In this document: positions 12,108-20,383 of the stretch, piece by piece
Layout of the letters: each line of letters opens with the position of its first letter
Position numbering within the stretch: position 1 is the first letter of the stretch
Assembly: GCA_963786615.1 (NCBI GenBank)
Contig: CAWAZT010000003.1
Coordinates: 138,007 to 202,006 of the forward strand
Source of the DNA: an uncultured Acidobacteriota bacterium
GTDB lineage: Bacteria > Acidobacteriota > Vicinamibacteria > Vicinamibacterales > 2-12-FULL-66-21
Reading direction: 5' to 3'
DNA length: 64,000 nt
Notes under the pieces: generated by a model
Told to the model about the DNA's origin: nothing
The model's database searches: none
Seen by the model: the letters and a program-made list of their open reading frames with translations, nothing else
Made by a program: the position numbers and the translations under genes

Positions 12108-13365
12108 ATGACAATTGGCGGGGTGTCTATCTGGCTCCGGCGCGCGACGATGGCGCTGGCAGCGGTGGTTGGCGTGTGCTCGGTGACGTCCGACGTACCG
12201 ATTGCCTCTGGCCAAGCGGGCTCGGAAGTGCGCGCGCTCTGGGTGCTCAGAACATCCCTGTCGTCGCCCGCAAGCATTCATGCCCTCGTGAAGACCGCGT
12301 CGGACCACGGCTTCAACACGCTTCTGGTGCAGGTACGCGGGCGCGGCGATGCGTACTACGAGAGCGAGCTCGAACCGCGCGCGGCGGAGCTGGTGCGTCA
12401 GCCCGCGACCTTCGATCCCGCTGGCCACAGTCATCGAGGATGCCCATCAGGCCGGCCTGCGCGTGCACGCGTGGATGAACGTGAACCTGGTGTCGAGCGC
12501 CGCGGAGCTGCCGTCGGCCCGCGATCACATGATCTATCGGCATCCAGAGTGGCTGATGGTGCCGCGCGAAATCGCGCAGGACCTTCGGACGCTGGATCCG
12601 AACAGCCCCGGGTACGTCGGCAAGCTCGCGCGATGGGTGCGTGCGCAGCCGGAAAAACTCGAGGGCCTCTACGTGTCGCCGATCCAGACGGAGGCGGCAA
12701 ACCATATCGAGGCCGTCGTGGCGGACGTCACCAGGCGGTACGCCGTTGACGGCGTACACCTCGACTACGTACGGTATCCCAGCGATCAGTTCGACTACAG
12801 CCGGTTCGCGATCGCGGCCTTCCGCGCAGAGATGCGCCCGAAGATTCCCGCCGCTGTGCGCCGGGAGCTCGACGGCGAGGAGCCGGTGGATCTGTTCGCG
12901 TATCCCGATCGGTTCCCTGCCGAGTGGAAGGCGTTCCGTCGTGCCGAGCTCACCGCGATGCTGATGCGCATCCGGACGGCGGTGAAGACGGCTCGACCGG
13001 CGGCGTTCCTGACGATCGCGGCTGCGCCCGACGCACAAGAGGCGTTCGACCAGCGGTTGCAGGACTGGCGCACGTGGCTCGAGCATCACGTGATCGACGC
13101 CGTCTGCCCGATGGCGTACACGCAGGAGCCCGATCGCTTTGCCGAGCAGATTGCGGCCGCCCGCGATATCGCCGGGGGAAACGCCGTCTGGGCTGGCATC
13201 GGCGCCTATCGGTTGAAGCCGGAGCAAACGATCGAGAACATCCAGGCGGCAAGGCGTCTTGGCACGGCCGGCTTCGTGTTGTTCTCGTACGACAGCCTCA
13301 CGGCTTCCAAGCAGACGCCGCCTGACTATCTCGACGTCGTGAGTCGCGGAGCCTTGTCGAGGTAA
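12108..13365 (+). CDS. Glycoside hydrolase-like family 10 (GHL10/DUF187, DigH/YddW-like), frameshift near 12420
   Basis: Signal peptide, EVRALWV, GFNTLLVQVRGRGDAYY, GLRVHAWMN, YAVDGVHLDYVRYP, QDWRTW, CPMAY. Confidence 0.85.
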
Positions 13366-13382
13366 GGACGCGCCCTATCGCT

Positions 13383-14427
13383 TTGTCGAGCCCCGCCCGT
13401 CTTCTCCAATCCGCGATCTCGGCGCACGCCTTTCCCGCGGCCGTCGTCGAAGTCGGCCGTCGGCGCGAGATCCTCTGGCGCGAAGCGTTTGGCACCTTGA
13501 CGTACATGCCCGATGCCGCTCCCGCGACCGACCAGACGGTCTTCGATCTTGCGTCGCTGACCAAGGTGATCGCCACGGCGTCGCTGACGATGCGCGCCGT
13601 CGATGCCGGAGCGCTCGCCCTCGATGACCTCGTGGCAGACCGGCTGCCGGAGTGGCGCGGCGCCGATCGACAGGGTGTCACGATCAGAGATCTGCTCGCG
13701 CATGCGTCGGGGCTGACCGCGTATCTCCCCTTCTTTCGCGATCATCACGGCCGCCAGGAATTCGAGCGCAGCATCTGCACACTGCCGCTCGAGTACGGAC
13801 CGCGCACGCAGTCGATCTACAGCGACCTCGGGTTCATGCTCCTCGGCTTCATGCTCGAAGACGCCGCGAGCGAATCGCTGACGATGCAGTTCGATGGGCT
13901 CTGGGCACGGTTGGCGCCAGGTGAGGATCTTCGCTTCAATCCTCCGCGGGAGTGGCGTGAGCGGACCGCACCGACCGAGCTCGATCTCTGGCGGGCACGC
14001 CTGCTCCAGGGAGAAGTGCACGATGAAAACACGTGGGTGCTCGGTGGCGCGGCCGGCCACGCGGGCCTGTTTGGAACAGCCAGTGCCGTCGGGACGTTCG
14101 CGCGCGCTGATCCTGGACACACTCGCGGGACACACCGACCTCGCGCGATCAGAGACCATGGCAACCTTTGCCGCCCGCGCGAACGTACCGGGGAGCTCGC
14201 GCGCGCTCGGCTGGGACACGATGCTGCCGACATCGTCGTGCGGGACCAGGCTCTCAACGCGCGCGATTGGCCACACGGGCTTCACCGGCACGTCGCTCTG
14301 GATCGACCCGCTCCAGGATCTCTACGTGGTTCTGCTGACCAATCGCGTCCATCCGGCGCGCGACAACAACGCCGTGCAACGCGTGCGCCGCGACGTCCAC
14401 GACGCGATCGTGGAATCTCTTGTGTGA
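13383..14427 (+). CDS. Serine hydrolase, beta-lactamase class C fold (AmiE-like), frameshift near 14105
   Basis: FDLASLTK (SxxK), LLAHASGL, YSDLGF, GEVHDEN, AGHAGLF, GHTGFTGTSLWIDP. Confidence 0.85.
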
Positions 14428-14512
14428 AAAATCCCCAGGGGCCTGCCCCGAGCCACGTCGTGCTGCCCCGGGCGAAGTCGGGAGACCGGCCAGCCCACAG
14501 CGTGCTGACGTC

Positions 14513-15265
14513 CTAAGGAAGGTGACCAGGACCGCCTGGAGGTCGGGGATTCGGCGGTGGCAACCCGCGGCCGGGATTCGGCCGGGGTCCCATCTCTCCT
14601 CCGGGATTCCGTCCGCGTCCGCCTGGACCACCTGGGCGCCCGCGACCGCCAGGTCCTCCAGGCACGCCACGACCATCCGGCATGCCGCCCGGGCCGCCGG
14701 GCTGCGCATTCACGAACACGAACGGCCATTCGTTATAGTGGGTGCGTCCCTGATAGACGCGAATGGATTCCGCGGTGCTCTTGCTGAGGACGCCAATGAT
14801 GCCGCCCTGCGCGCCACCGCTTTCAGGCCCGAACTGGCTCGGCTGACTCTGCGGCGGACGTGGCTGGCCGGTCAGTCCCCCACCGGCCGGTCCCCCGCGA
14901 CCGGGCTGGTTCGGCTGTCCTCCCTGTCCAACCTGCCCGGGAGCACCACCGGCCGCGCCAATCGGCACGAAGTCGTCGTTGGTGATCGGATCCTTGTATT
15001 TCTTACGGAGATAATGCCCCTGCACGAGCGCATCGATGGTCGGCGGCAGCGCGCGCGTCTTCGCCTGGTACAAGCGGATCGCGCGGACGTACTGCAGGCC
15101 GCGGAACACCAGCTCTTCTTCCTTTTCCCGCTGCGCCTCGTGTCGCCAGACCGGCATGGCGATCGACATCAGCACCGTCAAGACGGCCACCATCACGAGG
15201 AGCGCCGCCATCGCGTACCCGCGCTCTCCGCGACGGCCAGCACGCGCTTGACCCCGTAAACCCAT
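14513..15265 (-). CDS. Pseudopilin-like protein (GspK-like, no Glu+5) with Gly/Pro-rich tail
   Basis: Prepilin cleavage site ERG|YAMAALLV, QREKEEELVFRG, LRKKYKDPIT, low-complexity G/P C-terminus. Confidence 0.75.
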   Translation of the reverse strand: MGLRGQARAGRRGERGYAMAALLVMVAVLTVLMSIAMPVWRHEAQREKEEELVFRGLQYVRAIRLYQAKTRALPPTIDALVQGHYLRKKYKDPITNDDFVPIGAAGGAPGQVGQGGQPNQPGRGGPAGGGLTGQPRPPQSQPSQFGPESGGAQGGIIGVLSKSTAESIRVYQGRTHYNEWPFVFVNAQPGGPGGMPDGRGVPGGPGGRGRPGGPGGRGRNPGGEMGPRPNPGRGLPPPNPRPPGGPGHLP

Positions 15266-15290
15266 GAGAGTATTATCCTTAGCGTCTGAC

Positions 15291-16559
15291 ATGCTAGCAC
15301 ACTTTCGCCGAGACGATGCGCTTGTGGTGTCCGCGGCCGTCCTGCTTGCCGTCGCCATTCCATTAGGTGTGGTGAGCTGCGACAAGGTCCCGCTTCTGGC
15401 CCCCACGGGCACGGTCCTCACGCTTCTCGCAGCCGCCGATACCGCACAGCTGAATAGTTCGGTCGACATCATTGCCACCGCCATAGAAAACGGTCAGGCG
15501 TCCTCGGGGACAGGAACCGGCACCGGCACGACCGAGACGCGAACCGGCGCCGGTACTCCCGTGCAGAACGGCACGGTGATTACCTTTACGACGACGATCG
15601 GGCAGATTGAGCCGACGGAAGCCCGAACCCACAACGGGCAGGTCACCGTAAAGCTGATCACCACGGGCCAGAGCGGTGTGGCAACAATCACCGCGTACTC
15701 GGGCGGCGCGTCGTCGAACATCCGGATCAACGTGGGCAGCGCCGCAGTCGATCACGTGCTCTTGACGGCGAGCCCGCAAACACTCGGTCCCAGCGGCGGC
15801 ACGTCGACCGTCAACGCGCGCGTCGAAAACGTGTCGGGAGCCGGCGTCCCCGGCGTCGCGGTCACATTCACGACCGATGCCGGCTCGCTCTCGCCGACGA
15901 CCGCCACCACGAACAGCGACGGCGTGGCGACGACCACGCTGACCACGTCGCAGCGCGCGACGATCACGGCCAACATCGCGGGCAAGACCGCCACTGTCAT
16001 CGTGGGTCTCAACCCGCGCACCGGCGTCACGCTCGCAGGGCCGACGACGCCTGTCGCCGCGGGTGTGCCGGCATCGTTCACCGTTGGCGTGTCGGCAACC
16101 GCGAACATCCGCAACGTCACGCTGGATTTCGGTGACGGCTCCTCACAGGGTCTCGGCGCGTTGAGCGGATCGACAACGGTGCAGCACACGTACAACACGT
16201 CGGGCTCGTTCACCGTGACGGCCACCGCCTCGGACGCGAGCGGCTTCTCCGAGCAGGTGGCCACATCGGTGACGATTCTGCCCGCGCAGCCGCCGGCTGT
16301 AACGATCAGCGTGTCGAACCCGAACCCGAGCGTCGGCGAGACGGTCATCCTGACGGCAACCGCGTCGGGCGCGACGTCGACGATTCTCAGCTACCAGTGG
16401 AACCTGGGCGCGAACGCCGTCCCACCGACGGCCGAAACGACCGGTAACCAGCTGACCGTGAGCTACACCGCCACCGGCACGAAGATCATCACGGTGACAG
16501 TGGTCCAGGCCGCGGGCCCGACAGGCAACGGCCAGACCGCAATCGTCGTCAAACCTTGA
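15291..16559 (+). CDS. Lipoprotein with Ig-like (Big_1/invasin) and PKD domains
   Basis: Lipobox VVSC; Thr/Gly-rich beta strands; ATTNSDGVATTTLT (Big_1-like); LDFGDG...HTY (PKD). Confidence 0.78.
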   Translation: MLAHFRRDDALVVSAAVLLAVAIPLGVVSCDKVPLLAPTGTVLTLLAAADTAQLNSSVDIIATAIENGQASSGTGTGTGTTETRTGAGTPVQNGTVITFTTTIGQIEPTEARTHNGQVTVKLITTGQSGVATITAYSGGASSNIRINVGSAAVDHVLLTASPQTLGPSGGTSTVNARVENVSGAGVPGVAVTFTTDAGSLSPTTATTNSDGVATTTLTTSQRATITANIAGKTATVIVGLNPRTGVTLAGPTTPVAAGVPASFTVGVSATANIRNVTLDFGDGSSQGLGALSGSTTVQHTYNTSGSFTVTATASDASGFSEQVATSVTILPAQPPAVTISVSNPNPSVGETVILTATASGATSTILSYQWNLGANAVPPTAETTGNQLTVSYTATGTKIITVTVVQAAGPTGNGQTAIVVKP

Positions 16560-16569
16560 CTCATCACGG

Positions 16570-16598
16570 CTGCCGCGCGTCATTCAGGCGCGCGGCAG
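16570..16598. terminator. GC hairpin between convergent genes
   Basis: ctgccgcgcg-N9-cgcgcggcag just after the lipoprotein stop; no U tract. Confidence 0.4.
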
Positions 16599-16644
16599 TC
16601 CGTGTCACTCGGGAATCGACGACAACCGGATCCGTCGTCGCGGA

Positions 16645-17190
16645 CTAGAATGGACAGTGCTGGGGTTGTGGGGCGTCGATCCTGCGGGTTGCACCGGCAG
16701 GAATCAGTTGCACGGCGAAACCTGTCGCCGCAGTTGTCCCGGTGTTGACGATCTGATGGACGTGGTCGCCGCCTTCGTCCACCAGTGTGGCCGATAGGCT
16801 GGCGGTTGCGGTGAAGACCCGGCTGGTGCACGAACGGCCGTTCTCGCTCTCATAGTCCGTCACGGACCCGCTCGTGATGATGATCAGGCTGTGGCCGGGA
16901 TGGCTGTGCCAGCCGGTCGTCGCCCCCACCTCCCAGGTATTGCTCTGAATGAACAGGTCCGAGCTACCCTTGGTTTTCTGCCACGAGAGCCAGACGTCGC
17001 TCTTCAGCCACGACTTCCAGATGTCCGGCGGCACAACCGAGTTGAAGACGTTGATCTCGCCGAACGTCCCTTTGGCGATCGTCGTTCCCACGAACCCCGA
17101 CGACGCCGGCGTCGCCTGAAGACGGGGAACGTCGAGAACGACCAGGGCACACACCGCACCAACAAGCGCTCCCACGAATGTCGCTTTCAT
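16645..17190 (-). CDS. Secreted cupin-domain protein
   Basis: Signal peptide MKATFVGALV; TTGWHSHPG...SGSVT and DEGGDHVHQIVN cupin motifs. Confidence 0.8.
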   Translation of the reverse strand: MKATFVGALVGAVCALVVLDVPRLQATPASSGFVGTTIAKGTFGEINVFNSVVPPDIWKSWLKSDVWLSWQKTKGSSDLFIQSNTWEVGATTGWHSHPGHSLIIITSGSVTDYESENGRSCTSRVFTATASLSATLVDEGGDHVHQIVNTGTTAATGFAVQLIPAGATRRIDAPQPQHCPF

Positions 17191-17364
17191 CGTTGCCTCC
17201 TGACGCCCCCGGATGTCGTCGGAGGCGCGAGGACGACGGTGCGGCGGCGCGCGCCCGTTGTCCAACGGCATTGGACGGATCCGGTGCCGATGCCGCCCAA
17301 TGCCGCGCTTTGCGGCATGTGCGACCGACGTTAGAATCACGGACCATCCCGTCGCGGACTACGA

Positions 17365-19395
17365 ATGTCAGATCCGACCATGCGCCACGACCATCCGGAT
17401 CCCGAGCAGCGGCTCGATTCCTGGAAGGCAATCGCCAGTTATCTCAACAGGGACGTAACGACAGTTCAGCGCTGGGAGAAGCGGGAGTCGATGCCCGTGC
17501 ACCGACATCTGCACGACAAGCTCGGTTCGGTGTATGCGTTCAGGTCAGAGCTCGACGCGTGGGTCCGCAGTCGCAAGGCGCAGCCGGGGCCGGCGGCCCT
17601 CGAATTCGACGAAGGCCCCGTCGGCGGTGCATCCGCGACGAGGACGTGGCCGTGGCTCGCGGCGGCGCTTGTGGTGTGCGCGCTGGCCCTCGCGATGGGA
17701 CGTGCCGCTCTACGGGTGCCCAGTCCGGCCACTCTCCCCGGTGGGTCGGCGGTCGATTTGCGCATCGAATCGGTCACGGACTTCGACGGACGGGAACAGG
17801 CGGCCGCGATTTCGCCCGACGGGCGGTTCGCCGCATTTCTCTCGGACCGCGACGGCCGGCCGGACGTGTGGGTGAGTCGTCTCGGGTCAGGTCAGTTCCG
17901 CAATCTGACCCGCGGCTCGGCACCCGAGCTGCTCAATCCGTCGGTACGGACGCTGGGATTCACCCGCGACAGCGAATCAGTCACGTACTGGGTGCGGCGT
18001 CCAGGCGAGTCCGCCAGGCCAGACATCGGGATCTGGGCGGTTTCAATAACCGGCGGCGCGGCGGCGCCCTATCTGAGTGGCGCGGCCGAGTTCGACTGGA
18101 CGCGGGACGGCACCCGTCTCGTCTACCACACCACCGATCCCGGCGACCCTATGTTCGTCACGACGGATCCGAGCCGGCTCCCGGGTACGCCGGTCTTCTC
18201 GGCGCCGGCGGGACTGCACGCTCACTTCCCCGCTTGGTCCACGGATGGCGCGTTCATCTATTTCGTGCAGGGGGCGTTGCCCGACAAGCTGGACGTCTGG
18301 CGCATGACAGCGACCGGCGCCGGCGTGGAGCGCATGACCAACCACAACGGGCGCGTCAGCCATCCGGTATTCATCGATCGCAGGACTCTTCTCTATCTCG
18401 CCACCGATGCCGACGCTCAGGGACCGTGGCTCTACAGACTCGACGTCGACACGCGTGAGACGCACAGGGTCCTCGCGGGCGTCGATCGCTACACGTCGCT
18501 GGCGGCGGCCGAAGCCGGTGACAACCTGGTCATGACTGTCACGCATCCGAAACGCACGTTGTGGCGCGTATTGCCGCGTACATCCGACGGGGACGCACCG
18601 TCACCGACGCAGGTCGCTCTTCCGAACGGAACCGGGTTCCTTCCGCGTCTCGGCGGGGATGTCGTGGTGTACGCCTCGTCGGTCGGAGGCCGGGAGCATC
18701 TCTGGAAGCTGGCGGGCCGCGAACCGGTCGACTTGTGGAGCGCGGCGGACGCAAAGATGATCAGCGCTCCCGCCGTGTCTCCCGATCATGGACAGGTTGC
18801 GTTCTCGGCCCTGGTCAGGGGCCGCACGCTGCTCTATGTCCTTCGGATCGATGGCTCGGACCTGCGGGTCCTGACCGATTCCCTAACGCTCAGCGGATCG
18901 GTGGCATGGACGCCCGACGGCCGTTTCATCACCTCGGCGGCCACCGATCGGGGCACGCCAAAACTCGTCAACATCCCGCTCGATGGTTCGACACCGATCC
19001 CGCTGGTGCCGGACTATTCGACTGATCCCTCGTGGTCGCCAGATGGTCGCACCCTTGTCTACTCCGGTCCGGACATCGGCACAACGTTTACGCTCAGGTC
19101 GACGTCGTTCGGCGCCTCGACCAGGGCGATCCCGCCACTCACATTGACGCGCGGCTCCCGCCACGTCGTGTTTCTATCCCAACGTCACGCGCTCGTCCTG
19201 CTGCGGGGCGAAATCCGGCACAAGGATCTTTATGAGGTTGATCTCGATACGGGACGCGAGCGCGCGTTGACCCAGGTCGGCCCCGACTTCACGATCACCG
19301 ACTTCGACATCTCGCCCGACGGCCGCACCGTCCTGCTCGAGCGGTCTCAAGAGAACTCGAACATCGTGCTGCTGAAGTTGCGGGGTCAACCCTAG
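17365..19395 (+). CDS. N-terminal HTH-like domain, TM helix and TolB/PD40 beta-propeller
   Basis: LDSWKAIASYLNRDVTTVQRWEK...SVYAFRSELDAW, TM WPWLAAALVVCALAL, repeated SPDG/WTPDG/WSPDG blades. Confidence 0.8.
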   Translation: MSDPTMRHDHPDPEQRLDSWKAIASYLNRDVTTVQRWEKRESMPVHRHLHDKLGSVYAFRSELDAWVRSRKAQPGPAALEFDEGPVGGASATRTWPWLAAALVVCALALAMGRAALRVPSPATLPGGSAVDLRIESVTDFDGREQAAAISPDGRFAAFLSDRDGRPDVWVSRLGSGQFRNLTRGSAPELLNPSVRTLGFTRDSESVTYWVRRPGESARPDIGIWAVSITGGAAAPYLSGAAEFDWTRDGTRLVYHTTDPGDPMFVTTDPSRLPGTPVFSAPAGLHAHFPAWSTDGAFIYFVQGALPDKLDVWRMTATGAGVERMTNHNGRVSHPVFIDRRTLLYLATDADAQGPWLYRLDVDTRETHRVLAGVDRYTSLAAAEAGDNLVMTVTHPKRTLWRVLPRTSDGDAPSPTQVALPNGTGFLPRLGGDVVVYASSVGGREHLWKLAGREPVDLWSAADAKMISAPAVSPDHGQVAFSALVRGRTLLYVLRIDGSDLRVLTDSLTLSGSVAWTPDGRFITSAATDRGTPKLVNIPLDGSTPIPLVPDYSTDPSWSPDGRTLVYSGPDIGTTFTLRSTSFGASTRAIPPLTLTRGSRHVVFLSQRHALVLLRGEIRHKDLYEVDLDTGRERALTQVGPDFTITDFDISPDGRTVLLERSQENSNIVLLKLRGQP

Positions 19396-19428
19396 TCGTC
19401 GACGGCCCGGCCTACCCCGGGACGCGTT

Positions 19429-19839
19429 CTACCAGTCCGCGTAGTTGGATCCGTCGAGCGCGGTGCCTGGCGCACCGCTCTTGATGTCGTAGATGCCGGG
19501 CTCTGAACTGGGATTGTTGGGGTCGGCTTCCGCGGGAACCGTCTGCCACGTGTCCGGCGACTTCGTGATGGGATCCTCGGGGACCTTCCGCAGGTACCCG
19601 TCGCTGACCAGGGAGTCGAGCGACGCGGGATACTTCCCCTTGTCGGCGTAGTACTGATCGATGGCGTCGCGTACGCGGAAGAGATCGGTCTTCAGCACCG
19701 ACTCCTGCGTTTTCACGATGGAGTTCTTGTACTGGACAAGCCCCATTGCCGCCAGAATCGAGATGAGCGAGATCACAACGAGGAGCTCGATCAGCGTGAA
19801 GCCGCGAGTCCCCTCTGACCGCTGCGTGTGGTTGATCAT
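19429..19839 (-). CDS. GspG-like pseudopilin
   Basis: RG|FTLIELLVVISL methylation motif; AIDQYYADKGKYPASLDSLV...YLRKVPEDP. Confidence 0.88.
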   Translation of the reverse strand: MINHTQRSEGTRGFTLIELLVVISLISILAAMGLVQYKNSIVKTQESVLKTDLFRVRDAIDQYYADKGKYPASLDSLVSDGYLRKVPEDPITKSPDTWQTVPAEADPNNPSSEPGIYDIKSGAPGTALDGSNYADW

Positions 19840-19900
19840 GGTTCTCTACTGACGCACGCGTCCGTCATCCACCATCCAGCATCGAGCTCGACTACCGACG

Positions 19901-20383
19901 TCACCATTCTTTGTATTTCGTCCCGTCCAGGGCCTTGCCGTCCGACTTCGTGTAGACGTCGTACACGTTGCTCCCACCCCACGAGGTGGAATCGGGCCGG
20001 TCGCCGTACGCGCGGAGACCCCACTCGGTGGAGTTCGTCATCGGATCGACCGGCACGCGCCGCAGGAACTTCAGCTTGCGTCCGCTCTGGTCGTTTTGCA
20101 AGGTCACTCCCTCGACGAGCGTCTCGAGCTTCGGCGGATAGTTCTCGCTGCCGGCCTGGATGTCGGCCGGCGCAATCATCCCGGCATCGGCGGCATCCTT
20201 GAACTTGTCGATCGCCGTTCGCATCTCGCGCAGCGCGCGACGCAGCTCCGCCTCACGCTGCCGCTGCACGGTGACCCTCGCAAGCGGCATCACCGCCGAC
20301 GCCAGAATCAGCAGAATCGTGGAGACGACAAGCAGCTCGACAAACGTAAATCCGCGCTGGCTCGCCAGGCGCTTCCTCATCAC
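19901..20383 (-). CDS. GspG-like pseudopilin
   Basis: RG|FTFVELLVV; QREAELRRALREMRTAIDKFK; FLRRVPVDP. Confidence 0.88.
   Translation of the reverse strand: MMRKRLASQRGFTFVELLVVSTILLILASAVMPLARVTVQRQREAELRRALREMRTAIDKFKDAADAGMIAPADIQAGSENYPPKLETLVEGVTLQNDQSGRKLKFLRRVPVDPMTNSTEWGLRAYGDRPDSTSWGGSNVYDVYTKSDGKALDGTKYKEW

Noticed and set aside
13383-14427. Antibiotic-resistance beta-lactamase
   Set aside because: No signal peptide seen, the GEVHDEN/GHAGLF subfamily pattern and the murQ context favour a muropeptide amidase or esterase.
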